NCBI GenBank assembly: GCA_020351995.1
Contig: CP070674.1
Location: forward strand, 1,313,852 to 1,377,851
Length of the DNA: 64,000 nt
Direction of reading: 5' to 3'
DNA from: Candidatus Zixiibacteriota bacterium
GTDB taxonomy: Bacteria > Zixibacteria > MSB-5A5 > GN15 > FEB-12
Position numbers and translations under genes: made by a program. Position 1 is the first letter of the stretch; every line of letters begins with the position of its first letter. The notes beneath the pieces were generated by a model that saw only the letters and a program-made list of their open reading frames with translations, did no database searches and was not told the origin of the DNA. Below are positions 19,403 through 29,058 of this stretch, one piece after another.

Positions 19403-19926
19403 CAGTTCAGTTTCCCCTTATTATACAAGAGACGCACCGGTCGGAACAGAACTGAAAAAATAACCATATTCGCCACGAGTGAGATCACCGCCCACAGCAT
19501 GCCGCCAATGAACCGCGGCCAGAACGGCTGATAAAGCCAGGCATCAATGACGTTAACGGGTAGATAGAATAACAATGTGCACACTATGGCCGCCAATAGC
19601 AGGTATCCAGACAAGGTCTTTCCAGACAGCAGATGCCAGTTGTACGCCCGAAACGCCGCTCCCACTACTCCACTCAGAGCCATGCCGATCACCTGAGCCA
19701 CCATCACCTGCAGATAGGCCGGACCGAACGGGTTAAACAGTGTCCAGAGGGCCATTCCCAGAGCCCCAACCAGCGCCCCGGGAAGAATTCCCCAGAAAAC
19801 CCCGGCGTAGAACGCAATGAAAAAAGCCAGGTTGATATTCGGCAAATACGATGTTCCCCAGGAGAATACATAAATCAAGGCAGCGAACAACGCGATTCGC
19901 GGTATCAACCTGAGCCTGGAATTCAT
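19402..19926 (-). CDS. ECF transporter S component
   Basis: 174 aa hydrophobic; IALFAAL (AxxxA) first helix followed by LPNI; FNPFG loop. Confidence 0.75.
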   Translation of the reverse strand: MNSRLRLIPRIALFAALIYVFSWGTSYLPNINLAFFIAFYAGVFWGILPGALVGALGMALWTLFNPFGPAYLQVMVAQVIGMALSGVVGAAFRAYNWHLLSGKTLSGYLLLAAIVCTLLFYLPVNVIDAWLYQPFWPRFIGGMLWAVISLVANMVIFSVLFRPVRLLYNKGKLN

Positions 19927-22004
19927 CGAATGACCAGAACCTTGGTTCTTCCTTCGGCTATTATCTGCCTGTGCTCACTATCGCCAAATAATCGGCCGTA
20001 CGCGATATAAACACCAGAGGCAACCGGATCACCGGCACCGTTTTTGAGGTCCCATTCCGTCCAGTACTGACCCATCCTTTCACCACCCAGATCGAAATCA
20101 AGAAGCTCCAGGGTTCGAATATACTCACCGGCGACGGTGAATATATCCACATATAAAGACACGCTCGACGAATCAGGGTAGATCGGGAAACTCTCGTCGT
20201 CAGTGGGAACCTGGAATTTGAATCTGACACCGGCGTCACCAAGCTCGCTAACGACCGCAGGGTTTGGATATGGAGCCAACATCGCGCCAGGGAGCGAGAT
20301 CAGACTGCTGTCAACAATTGCCAGGTCAGTGGCGATCTGGTAACCGATATCGAACTCACCGTTCACATATTCAAATAACGTATTGTCATCAGACGCGGGT
20401 GTAAGGATAAATGACATGGAGGCATAAGGCTCGAGGTCACTCAAATAGAAATCTATCAGGTCGCCGAAATTGGCCGGAAGAGTTAATTCCTCAACGTCGG
20501 AACCCGGAGAACCGTAGTTTTCATACACGATATTCAGTCCCCACGCGTAAGGAAAATCCTGGTCCAGGTCAAACCCAACCGAGAATACCGAGTCGATGTG
20601 CATAATGTCATAAGGATCGTTGGGATCAAGGACCTGTATCGAATCAAGGCAGGCCGGGAAGGACCCGTCAAGGCACAGCCAGTAGGTTGTGTCAGGCTGG
20701 AGATTCTGAATATCATCAAGTTTAAGGTAGAAGGCGGCGTTATGATACGGATTGTACGGATTATCGGCGCCGTCAACGATTATCGAATCGGTAAAATTCC
20801 TGTAGACAGCGATGATGCTGTCGATCCCCGAATCGCGGAACTCATCGTATTCCGCGCGCTCCTCGTATCCATAACTCGGAGGGGCCCAGCTGGCTCTGGA
20901 GCCGGTAAAATAATTCCACAGGGTAAACTCATGGAAACTGGAGGCAAATGATTCCTGTCCTGAGGTGAAGGTACCTATGACCTCGTGGGCAGCCTCAAGC
21001 AGATTATCCTGGTAGGCCCCCAGCTGGCCACAGCGGATCCATATATCCCTGATCAGATCACGGTCATGTCTTTCCGCCAGGAAAAGCGGATAAAGCATAG
21101 ATGCGTAGGGGTGCAGATCACTCGATCCTGTAAAGCGCTCGATCGATACGGCCGCGCTGTCAAAGAAGTACGGCAAATAGAAGTAGTAGTCGTTGATGTG
21201 ATCGTACTTCTCTTCTTCCATGTAGGTGGCCGTCATTTCCATCCAGTAGCTGCGCCAGAAGCCGTCCGGGGACTGCGAGCCTTCGGTGAAATCGATCCCG
21301 AATTGCACCACGTGAAAGAACTCATGGGCACACGTAACCCTGACTGCCATCAGCGGGTTGCTGACGTACGGGGGAATCTCCTGATAATCATTATCCAGAA
21401 TCTGAAAGGCCGTAGCGCTGGTTGGATGTTGAGCGTCGATCGGGTAATAATCAAGATAGGTCAGCCCGAAATACATTCCACCAAGGTCCTGGAGATAAAC
21501 ATCAAAAGCGGCGCTGCCGCCTTCAGGGTAGAAATCGTCCGTTGGGGGGTCAGGATAACCGAGGGTATCAACGAGAAAAGCATACACTTCGTCGTAGATC
21601 TTCGCGACCGAATCCGCGTACCCCGGGAATCCGTCATAGACGGCATCGGACCCATTGTCCGTATAATGGATAAGAAAGCGCCCCGAAGGTGAGGGAACGG
21701 TAAGGTTCAAATTGGTGGGGCGCGGTACGATCAATTCGCTGAGAATCTTGGCAAGGTCGGGATCGAATTTGTCCCGATTGAAAACGAAGTCCATTATGGC
21801 CGGCGTTCCGCACTTGATAGGGACCTCACGCGTCGGGATTTCTCCGGTTCCGATAGCCAGAGATTCCAAACCTTCCGTTTGCCCTGTTGCCATCAGGTAA
21901 TTTTGAATAATCTCGATTTGCCTCTCCCGGCTGAGCTGGTCAGCGGAGACGCCCGCCACGGCAATAGCCAGGACAACGAAAACAGACACAACTTTCTTTA
22001 TCAC
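19923..22004 (-). CDS. Secreted zinc metalloprotease (MXAN_6640-like) with FlgD/T9SS-type C-terminal domain
   Basis: Signal peptide, KCGTP, AHEFFHVVQF (HExxH) plus downstream WMEMTATYME; C-terminal PYPNP...WDLKNGAGDPVASGVY...KVLVIR. Confidence 0.8.
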   Translation of the reverse strand: MIKKVVSVFVVLAIAVAGVSADQLSRERQIEIIQNYLMATGQTEGLESLAIGTGEIPTREVPIKCGTPAIMDFVFNRDKFDPDLAKILSELIVPRPTNLNLTVPSPSGRFLIHYTDNGSDAVYDGFPGYADSVAKIYDEVYAFLVDTLGYPDPPTDDFYPEGGSAAFDVYLQDLGGMYFGLTYLDYYPIDAQHPTSATAFQILDNDYQEIPPYVSNPLMAVRVTCAHEFFHVVQFGIDFTEGSQSPDGFWRSYWMEMTATYMEEEKYDHINDYYFYLPYFFDSAAVSIERFTGSSDLHPYASMLYPLFLAERHDRDLIRDIWIRCGQLGAYQDNLLEAAHEVIGTFTSGQESFASSFHEFTLWNYFTGSRASWAPPSYGYEERAEYDEFRDSGIDSIIAVYRNFTDSIIVDGADNPYNPYHNAAFYLKLDDIQNLQPDTTYWLCLDGSFPACLDSIQVLDPNDPYDIMHIDSVFSVGFDLDQDFPYAWGLNIVYENYGSPGSDVEELTLPANFGDLIDFYLSDLEPYASMSFILTPASDDNTLFEYVNGEFDIGYQIATDLAIVDSSLISLPGAMLAPYPNPAVVSELGDAGVRFKFQVPTDDESFPIYPDSSSVSLYVDIFTVAGEYIRTLELLDFDLGGERMGQYWTEWDLKNGAGDPVASGVYIAYGRLFGDSEHRQIIAEGRTKVLVIR

Positions 22005-22831
22005 TACCGCCTCACTTCTTTTGTCGCTTTTAACTGTTCCAAGTATTCAAAAGGCACTTTCTGGGTGCCGATCATTGCGTAGCGACCGTTCGCACCATGG
22101 AAATCCGAACCACCCGTCATCACTAACCGATACCTCCGGGCCATATGCTTGTAACGATCCACCAGGCCCTGGGAATGATAAGGATGATAAACCTCGATTC
22201 CGTCAAGACCGAGGTCAACCAGCATTTCGACGTATTTATCCTTGCCATCAATGGCGGGGTGGGCCAGAACCGCCAACCCGCCGGCCCCGTGAACGAGATT
22301 GATGGCCTCATCGGGAGTCAGATTGGCTTTAGGCACGTAAGCCGGGCCGTCATAGCCGATGTAACGCTCGAAAGCTTCCTCGTAATACCGGGTGCTTTTT
22401 CTGTCAAACATCGCTCTGGCGACGTGGGGCCGTCCGACAACTCCGCCACCGGAATGCTTCTCCACATCTTCGTATGTGACCTCTATTCCAAGAGCATTGA
22501 GTTTGTCAACCATCAGACGTCCGCGTTCGCTACGCCGCTGTTGAAAACCACTGAGAGTCTCCGCCAGTCGCCCGTTTTCGGGTTCGATAAGGTAGGCCAG
22601 GATATGCATATCCCCGCTGTCCACGGTCACGGAGAGCTCCAATCCCGGAACCAATTCCGGGTCCTCATCGGCCCTCAGATCGCGAATGGCCCGATAACCA
22701 TCGAGAGTATCGTGGTCGGTGACGGAAAATGCCACAAGGTCACTACCCCTGACCATGCTCAATAACTGTTCAGGTGTGCTGGTTCCATCTGAAAAGGTTG
22801 TATGCATGTGCAGGTCGACGTACCTTTTCAT
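22004..22831 (-). CDS. PHP-domain phosphoesterase (TrpH/YciV/RNase AM-like)
   Basis: DLHMHTTFSDG, TDHDT, GRPHVA, LAHP, TGGSDFHG. Confidence 0.9.
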   Translation of the reverse strand: MKRYVDLHMHTTFSDGTSTPEQLLSMVRGSDLVAFSVTDHDTLDGYRAIRDLRADEDPELVPGLELSVTVDSGDMHILAYLIEPENGRLAETLSGFQQRRSERGRLMVDKLNALGIEVTYEDVEKHSGGGVVGRPHVARAMFDRKSTRYYEEAFERYIGYDGPAYVPKANLTPDEAINLVHGAGGLAVLAHPAIDGKDKYVEMLVDLGLDGIEVYHPYHSQGLVDRYKHMARRYRLVMTGGSDFHGANGRYAMIGTQKVPFEYLEQLKATKEVRR

Positions 22832-24331
22832 CTACAATTTGCTTTCCACCCGTTGCTTGATTCTGGCCGCTATTTCCCGGCCGTCTTTGATAATGCGGTT
22901 GGCTTCGGTGCTGAGCTTCTTGACGAAGCCCTTATCTTCAATTGATGTCAGGTTGATCTTGACGTTGTACCCGGCACCGTCTATGGAGGCCATAGCCATC
23001 AGGCCGGCAACCCCGGCATCGGTAATCGAGTTTTCGTTCCCCTTATTGGCCACGGTTTCAATCATTTTAAGGGCCTCCAATGACTTGTCCATCACCGTAA
23101 GGGGAACCGAGGCCGCTTCCTTGTTGGCATCTTCAATCACCTTATCATCCTTGGTCTTGAAGGCCTCCATTACTTTATTGAAAGCGTCTTTATCAGTATC
23201 GATGAGAGTTACCAGCTCCTCACGGAGGACATCGCATTTGTCGCGTATCTCTGAAAGCTCATCCTTAACATCGGCGTACTGCTTCTTACCGACGCTCAGA
23301 CGGCAGACCATGGCTGATAGAGCCGCCGCCAGAGCCCCGGCTGATGCGGCTACCGAGCCACCACCCGGTGCCGGCGCCGATGAGGCCACCTCGTCGTAGA
23401 AAGATTCACCACCGTCACCCATTACCGTGCCGGCTTCTTTGAGCTTCTCTTCGAGGATCTGGGCTTTGGTGAAATTCTCCAGCCGGAGATAGAAATCGCC
23501 GACATCTACAAGCGCGTCATTGGGGACCAATCCGACTATCTCGGACGACGTTACCATCACGCCGTATCGTTCGGCCTCAGACTTGATCGTTTCGAAAACG
23601 CGAAAAATAGGGGTCCTGGTGTAATTCACCAGGTTCATCGAAATTTGAACCTGATCGCGTTCCTTGATGGCAAAACCGAGGGCCTTAACAAAGCGATAGC
23701 CGCCTTTGAGAGACTTAACGGCCTCGGCAATCCGGTCGGCAATCCATTTCCTGTTGGTACCGAGATAGACATTGAATGCGACCAGCGGAAAGCGAACGCC
23801 TATCGCAGTCGCACCCGACTTGAGATTCATTCTGGCCGGTCCATAGTCGGGCCGACGGCTTTTTTCGTTTTCTATGGAATCGCGAATGCCCTCGTATTCT
23901 CCCTGTCGGACCTTGGCGAGGTTCTTTCGCTTAGGCGAGGTCGCAGCATCTTCGTACAGGTAGACCGGAATCTTCAGTTCTTCCCCAACCCTCTGACCAA
24001 GCCTGTTGGCCAGCTCGATAGCATCTTCGATTGTCACATCCGAGATGGGAATAAAGGGACAAACATCACAGGCACCCATACGCGGGTGCTCACCCTTATG
24101 GGTTGTCATATCGATCAGCTCCGCGGCTTTCTGGTAGCCGCGAAAGGCTGCCTCGACAGCGTTATTGGGATGGCATACAAAAGTTACGACAGCACGGTTA
24201 TGATCGGCATCCATTTCCTTGTCAAGTAAGACGACTCCGTCAACAGAAGTGATTGCGTTGCATATGGCGTCGACAACTTCGGGTCGACGTCCTTCGGAAA
24301 AATTAGGTACACATTCGATGAGTTTTGCCAT
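22832..24331 (-). CDS. ftcD: Glutamate formimidoyltransferase-cyclodeaminase (bifunctional)
   Basis: IECVPNFSEGR, DHNRAVVT, HPRMGACDVCPF; C-terminal cyclodeaminase APGGGSVAA and NVKINL. Confidence 0.95.
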   Translation of the reverse strand: MAKLIECVPNFSEGRRPEVVDAICNAITSVDGVVLLDKEMDADHNRAVVTFVCHPNNAVEAAFRGYQKAAELIDMTTHKGEHPRMGACDVCPFIPISDVTIEDAIELANRLGQRVGEELKIPVYLYEDAATSPKRKNLAKVRQGEYEGIRDSIENEKSRRPDYGPARMNLKSGATAIGVRFPLVAFNVYLGTNRKWIADRIAEAVKSLKGGYRFVKALGFAIKERDQVQISMNLVNYTRTPIFRVFETIKSEAERYGVMVTSSEIVGLVPNDALVDVGDFYLRLENFTKAQILEEKLKEAGTVMGDGGESFYDEVASSAPAPGGGSVAASAGALAAALSAMVCRLSVGKKQYADVKDELSEIRDKCDVLREELVTLIDTDKDAFNKVMEAFKTKDDKVIEDANKEAASVPLTVMDKSLEALKMIETVANKGNENSITDAGVAGLMAMASIDGAGYNVKINLTSIEDKGFVKKLSTEANRIIKDGREIAARIKQRVESKL

Positions 24332-24349
24332 GTCGATCTCCGTCAGGTA

Positions 24350-25309
24350 TTATTTCTTAAACTTCTTTCTCAAGCCCCACGCAAGGAGTGGAATCATAAT
24401 TTCGTGATGCCCCACGAAATTGAAACCCTTGCCGGATTTGAAGGTAGGTCTGTCCACAACATTCACGCGGGGTCGATAGTGCATGATCATGTCAAAATTC
24501 GCGGTGGTAAGGTCGCCTCCGCCTCCGTAAACATTACGGGCAACGGTCAGCGCTTTTAAGAAGACTTCCGGTAGTATCACAGCAGAGCCTATGTTGGCCA
24601 CAGCTCCACCGCGATTGATGTCACGACATATGCTGGATAGAATCCTGAAATCCACGTGCGAGGCCTCGCCCAGTTGGGCGGCGTTGAAGTCCGGCTGCTG
24701 AGAAACGATATCGGTGCCGATTCCGACATGGACGGTAGCCGGAAGGCCCAGTTCATGCGCGGTCGCAAAGATCGAGTGCTTGCGGAATCGCGCTTTAACG
24801 GTATGCAAGTAGGACCCGGCCGCTTCTCCCAGACCAATACTCTTCTCTGAGGCCAGTTGGCCGACGGCGGCTACGACCTCGGCCGTCTCTTTTACCATAC
24901 CGAAACTTCCGTTCTCAAGTCCGGCCTGCACGTCCTCAGAAGTCTCCCCCCAGAAGGCAAGCTCCACATCATGAATCAGTCCAGCACTGTTAAGCGAGAC
25001 ACCGGTAACGATCCCGCGGCGCATAAGGTCATTGATCACCGGCGACAGGCCCACTTTGATAGTATGGGCCCCGAGCAGTAGATGAAAAGGTCGTCGGTTC
25101 TTCCTTGCTTTTGCCACCCGCGCTATGAACTCATTAAAATCGGAGGCTTTCAAGAAGTCGGGGAGGGATTCAAAAAAGTCCGCACGGTCAACGGCAGCCA
25201 TCGGACGGCCAAACGCTTTGACCCGGGTGCGGTTCTTGCGACCGCGAATGGAGTAGGTTCTCACCTTTGTCAGGTCAATCGGTTTTATGGTGCGTTTATT
25301 CTGAGGCAT
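24350..25309 (-). CDS. Conserved hypothetical protein, deoxyhypusine-synthase-like
   Basis: GAHTIKVGLSP, AGLIHDVELA, TVHVGIGTDI, IGSAVILPEVFLKAL; ATG at 25309 directly after the upstream stop (GTG 25330 is an alternative start). Confidence 0.65.
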   Translation of the reverse strand: MPQNKRTIKPIDLTKVRTYSIRGRKNRTRVKAFGRPMAAVDRADFFESLPDFLKASDFNEFIARVAKARKNRRPFHLLLGAHTIKVGLSPVINDLMRRGIVTGVSLNSAGLIHDVELAFWGETSEDVQAGLENGSFGMVKETAEVVAAVGQLASEKSIGLGEAAGSYLHTVKARFRKHSIFATAHELGLPATVHVGIGTDIVSQQPDFNAAQLGEASHVDFRILSSICRDINRGGAVANIGSAVILPEVFLKALTVARNVYGGGGDLTTANFDMIMHYRPRVNVVDRPTFKSGKGFNFVGHHEIMIPLLAWGLRKKFKK

Positions 25310-25310
25310 G

Positions 25311-26153
25311 CTAAAAGACTTCGATATCACCGAGGCTATATTCGCTCAGTTCAGCCGATATGGATCCCACCAATACTTTTGATTTCATCAGAACCGGCAT
25401 TTTGAGCCGGTCATCGGTAAGCCAGACCGTCAATTTACCTTCGTGTTTGAAGACACCAACCGACTGCAGAAGCGGCTCCACAACAATACAATCAAATGTG
25501 CCTGCCGGGACGGTTTTCTCTTCTTTGCGAAGCACCTTGATTTCCAGCGAATACATCTCGTCATCGGTAAAGTTATCGACGAAGACGGATTTGCCAACTT
25601 CAAGCTCCTGGGTTCTGACATAAAACAGTACCGACAGGGCATCCTGAATGAACGGTGACACCTCAACGGTATCCTTGCCGGAATAGGCGAGATTCCGGCG
25701 CTGATCAAAGGTGATCTGCTCGTCGGCCCGGTATTTGCCTTCCCTCAAGTTCTTCTCAAATCGCCAGCTGAACAGACCAATAGCGTCAATTATCGACTCC
25801 ACGCGATCGTCCACCCGGAAGAAAGTTGAAAAGAAACTGTTCGAAAAGGCGTGCGTAACAACCTGGTAACAAGGCCGGTTATTGTATTCGATCAGGCGGG
25901 CGACTTCCATAGTGGCACCGCCGGCATTGATGAAACCGTAGTTAATCTCAAAAGTGAGCTTTTCATTAATACCGAAGGCCACGTTCTCCACGTAGCGGTC
26001 CAATGGATCCTCTGGCGACGCTATGTTTCCGCTGTCACTGACCTCGGCACGGGCCACGCCGATCTCAATAGTAGCAAAATAGAGCAGCGGCACCAGCCCC
26101 AAGAAAACAATGCTCAGCACAACGAAATTAAGTGTTTTGGAATTACTTCTCAT
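25311..26153 (-). CDS. DUF3108-like exported protein
   Basis: N-terminal hydrophobic segment, EKLTFEINYGFINAG, QDALSVLFYVR, VPAGTFDC, VWLTDD..KMPV. Confidence 0.8.
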   Translation of the reverse strand: MRSNSKTLNFVVLSIVFLGLVPLLYFATIEIGVARAEVSDSGNIASPEDPLDRYVENVAFGINEKLTFEINYGFINAGGATMEVARLIEYNNRPCYQVVTHAFSNSFFSTFFRVDDRVESIIDAIGLFSWRFEKNLREGKYRADEQITFDQRRNLAYSGKDTVEVSPFIQDALSVLFYVRTQELEVGKSVFVDNFTDDEMYSLEIKVLRKEEKTVPAGTFDCIVVEPLLQSVGVFKHEGKLTVWLTDDRLKMPVLMKSKVLVGSISAELSEYSLGDIEVF

Positions 26154-26637
26154 TGATGGTCTCGTCAATTCGTCTTACAATCTCGTCGCGTGATTTGCCT
26201 AAGTATTCTCCAATTTCGAGGAACGTCGCATTGTACCGCTCCAGGCTCTGCCCGATCGGATCGGCAACCGGTTCGCCCTCCAAACCTTCTTCCGGGAAAT
26301 TTTTTAGAAGAAATGTCTTACTCGCCGCGTCTCTTCGCAAGCGGATAACCTCCCGAAAGTGTTCCGGCGTCATAACCAGAACAAGATCCGCTTTGTCCAG
26401 CAAGGCTCCTGTGAGGGGTTGGGAAATGTGCCCGGAAATGTCAACATTCCACACCTTAGCCGCCTCAATAGCATAGAGGGTAGCGGGGAATCCCGAGGCA
26501 GCAGCGGTACCAGCAGAAATCACTTCGAACTTCCCGGACCGCTCCTTTCCAAGAATGGAACGCAGCGCTCCCTCCGCCATCGGCGAACGACAGGTATTAC
26601 CGGTACAGACAAACAAAACTGTATACTTCCCCTTCAT
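26143..26637 (-). CDS. Low-molecular-weight protein phosphatase (Tyr/Arg, YwlE-like)
   Basis: VLFVCTGNTCRSPMAE P-loop, ISAGT, ADPIG. Confidence 0.92.
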   Translation of the reverse strand: MKGKYTVLFVCTGNTCRSPMAEGALRSILGKERSGKFEVISAGTAAASGFPATLYAIEAAKVWNVDISGHISQPLTGALLDKADLVLVMTPEHFREVIRLRRDAASKTFLLKNFPEEGLEGEPVADPIGQSLERYNATFLEIGEYLGKSRDEIVRRIDETINEK

Positions 26638-27275
26638 ATCAACTGGCTATCCAGGAGGCTGAATAATTCCTGGTCGGGAATGGCGCCCTGCCTTATAATC
26701 GCGGCATTGTCAGAACTGACATCGACTACCGTAGAAACCGGGTTGTCGAGGACCCCAACATCAATGTAAAGTTCAATCTTACCTCCGAAAGCGCGAGCAA
26801 TCTCATCAATGGTGTCGAGCTCCTCGCCCCCCGACGGGTTGGCCGAGGTGGCCGTAACCGGGAAGGTTACCTGCCGAAGCAATTGCGTGATGAACGGAGC
26901 AGCAGACATCCTTATACCGATTTTCCCTTCGACAACGAGCGGTTCATCCAGCACCGCGGACGCTCTCAATACCAGGGTGAGGGGACCGGGCAAATACTTC
27001 TCGGCCAGCCTTCGCGCAGCGGCGTTAACGGTGCCATATCGGGCAGCATCGGTAATACTCTTAACAAATATCGCCGTGGGCAAACTGGCTGGACGACCCT
27101 TGACACTATATAACCGGGAAACTACCGTTGCCTGATCGGCTCTGGCCAGTAATCCATAGCGTGTCTCGGTAGGAGCCACCACCAATCCGCCTTCGCCAAG
27201 TATCGTAGCGGCCCTGCCGACCACTTTTTTATCAGGCGAAGAATAGTCGATTGCCTCAATCTTAGGGCCCGTCAT
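26634..27275 (-). CDS. tsaC: L-threonylcarbamoyladenylate synthase (TsaC/Sua5/YrdC)
   Basis: APTETRYGL, KGRP, PGPLTLVL, TATSANPSG, STVVD; ATG at 27275 chosen over the track start. Confidence 0.92.
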   Translation of the reverse strand: MTGPKIEAIDYSSPDKKVVGRAATILGEGGLVVAPTETRYGLLARADQATVVSRLYSVKGRPASLPTAIFVKSITDAARYGTVNAAARRLAEKYLPGPLTLVLRASAVLDEPLVVEGKIGIRMSAAPFITQLLRQVTFPVTATSANPSGGEELDTIDEIARAFGGKIELYIDVGVLDNPVSTVVDVSSDNAAIIRQGAIPDQELFSLLDSQLI

Positions 27276-27894
27276 CTTCGAACAATTCCTCAGCTTCATA
27301 CAGAACGGTATCAATAATTTCCGGGAGTGCGGTCTCATCGTAAAGGGGGGCTGTTTCCTTGACCCGCACATTAACCATTACTACCCAGGCGTCGGTGTAC
27401 CCGGCCGCCTTGGCTCGCATCAGATACTCCTCAGCTTCGTCACGATCGGCAAAACTGCCCACTCGAACCTTGAAGTACGGCACTTCATAATCCATAAAGA
27501 CCGGACGGTCAAATATCTCCTCGGCCACCTGCCGTGCCAGGTTGGCTTCGCCGTAAACCTTGGCGGTGAACAACTGGATTCGATAAGCCTGGTTATACAA
27601 CGAATCAACTGTGGCAGGCGAACCATCGGACGGACGATAGGTTGTGTCGGAAACCGACGGTTGCGCCTCCACGAATTCCGTGCGACCGGAGATCTGCCCG
27701 GGTCGAGGGTGCTCAATCGGCACAACCTCACGGTCTTCGGGGAGTTCAAGAGGGTCAAATCCGCGCGGGTCGACGCCCGATACGGGTGGTCGCTGCGGCT
27801 CTTCTTCGGCGGCAGGTCGTTTCACCCGACATCCCATTGCCACGAGAAGCAGGCAGAGTAAAGTGATATTACAGATATTGCCGCGTGTTTTCAT
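27262..27894 (-). CDS. SPOR-domain lipoprotein
   Basis: Lipobox LLLVAMG-C after ATG 27894; YRIQLF...PYFKVRVGSF...AGYTDAWVV. Confidence 0.85.
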   Translation of the reverse strand: MKTRGNICNITLLCLLLVAMGCRVKRPAAEEEPQRPPVSGVDPRGFDPLELPEDREVVPIEHPRPGQISGRTEFVEAQPSVSDTTYRPSDGSPATVDSLYNQAYRIQLFTAKVYGEANLARQVAEEIFDRPVFMDYEVPYFKVRVGSFADRDEAEEYLMRAKAAGYTDAWVVMVNVRVKETAPLYDETALPEIIDTVLYEAEELFEDDGP

Positions 27895-28948
27895 TTTCTT
27901 CCAGTCTTGCCAGTATTTCTTTAACACGATCCGCCTTCGTTTTGTGCACAACCAAGGTAATATTTGCCGAACGAACCACGATCAGGTCTGACACCCCCAG
28001 ACACGTGATTATTCCATCCCCCTCATTATACACCACAGTCTCGTAAGAGTCCAGTACAAGCGCATCTCCGACAACAACATTATTGTCATTATCACTGTCC
28101 CGGTGTCTCGAGAGCGAGTTCCAGCCACCGATATCGTCCCAAATAATGTCAGCCTTAACTGTTAGGACATTGGTGGCTTTTTCGAGAACCGCGAAATCTA
28201 CGGAAATCGAAGTAGCTTTTTCGTAGAGGGATTCCCGGGCAGCATTTTCACCGGGGGTGCCGATGTGGGTGGCATACTCGACAAGAAGCTCGCCGAGATC
28301 GGGTTGACATTTCTTGATAGCCGCCAGGATAGATTTAGCTGACCAGACAAACATACCGCTGTTCCATAAGTAATCGTGACTATAGTAGTACTCGTGGGCC
28401 ACGGCTGCCTTCGGTTTTTCGGTAAACGCTGAGACCCGGTAAAAGATAAAATCCTGCTCGTGCTTATAAATGTCTCCCAGCTTGATATAGCCATAGGCTG
28501 TCTCAGGGCGAGTCGGTACTATGCCAATTGTAATCAGGCAATCCTCGGCACTGGCGATGGCGGCAGCGCTGTTGAGAATACGGAGCAGCTTTTCGGGCGG
28601 TTTCACCAGATGGTCGGCAGATAGTGTCACCAGAACAGCATCTTCGTCATCGTGTACGAGATGTACCGCGGCTAAACCAACCGCCGCGCAGGTGTTGCGC
28701 CCAAAGGGCTCGGCCAGAATATGGCGCTCATCGAGACCCTTGACGTTTTCTCTGGATAACTTGCTCATGGAGCGACCGGTTACAATTCGTATATTTTCAA
28801 AGGGAATCAGAGGTAGAACCCGGTCGATTGTCTCTTCAATCATGGTCTTGTCGGAAATGAGCCTCAGAAACTGCTTGGGTCGCTCGGCGAGAGAAAGCGG
28901 CCAGAATCTTTCTCCTTTTCCACCAGCCAGAATAACCCCGTATAACAA
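27869..28948 (-). CDS. manC: Mannose-1-phosphate guanylyltransferase
   Basis: ILAGGKGERFWPLS...PKQF, EPFGRNT, FTEKP, WNSGMF, WDDIGGW. Confidence 0.95.
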   Translation of the reverse strand: MLYGVILAGGKGERFWPLSLAERPKQFLRLISDKTMIEETIDRVLPLIPFENIRIVTGRSMSKLSRENVKGLDERHILAEPFGRNTCAAVGLAAVHLVHDDEDAVLVTLSADHLVKPPEKLLRILNSAAAIASAEDCLITIGIVPTRPETAYGYIKLGDIYKHEQDFIFYRVSAFTEKPKAAVAHEYYYSHDYLWNSGMFVWSAKSILAAIKKCQPDLGELLVEYATHIGTPGENAARESLYEKATSISVDFAVLEKATNVLTVKADIIWDDIGGWNSLSRHRDSDNDNNVVVGDALVLDSYETVVYNEGDGIITCLGVSDLIVVRSANITLVVHKTKADRVKEILARLEENENTRQYL

Positions 28949-28983
28949 TGCTATCTCCTTTACTAAATTCTCGTAATTTGCTG

Positions 28984-29012
28984 ATAATAATTGGGTTAAA
29001 TCAATTAGTCAA
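28984..29012 (-). promoter_or_regulatory. Sigma-70-type promoter upstream of manC
   Basis: Minus strand TTGACT-17 nt-TATTAT. Confidence 0.65.
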
Positions 29013-29058
29013 GAAAAGAATGGCCCGGTCGAGTGCTGCCTGTCGTTGTAATGACATC

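Noticed and set aside
19927-20100. Cobalamin riboswitch ahead of the ECF S component and barrel genes
   Set aside because: No intergenic space; the genes overlap the upstream protease CDS and no B12-box was recognised.
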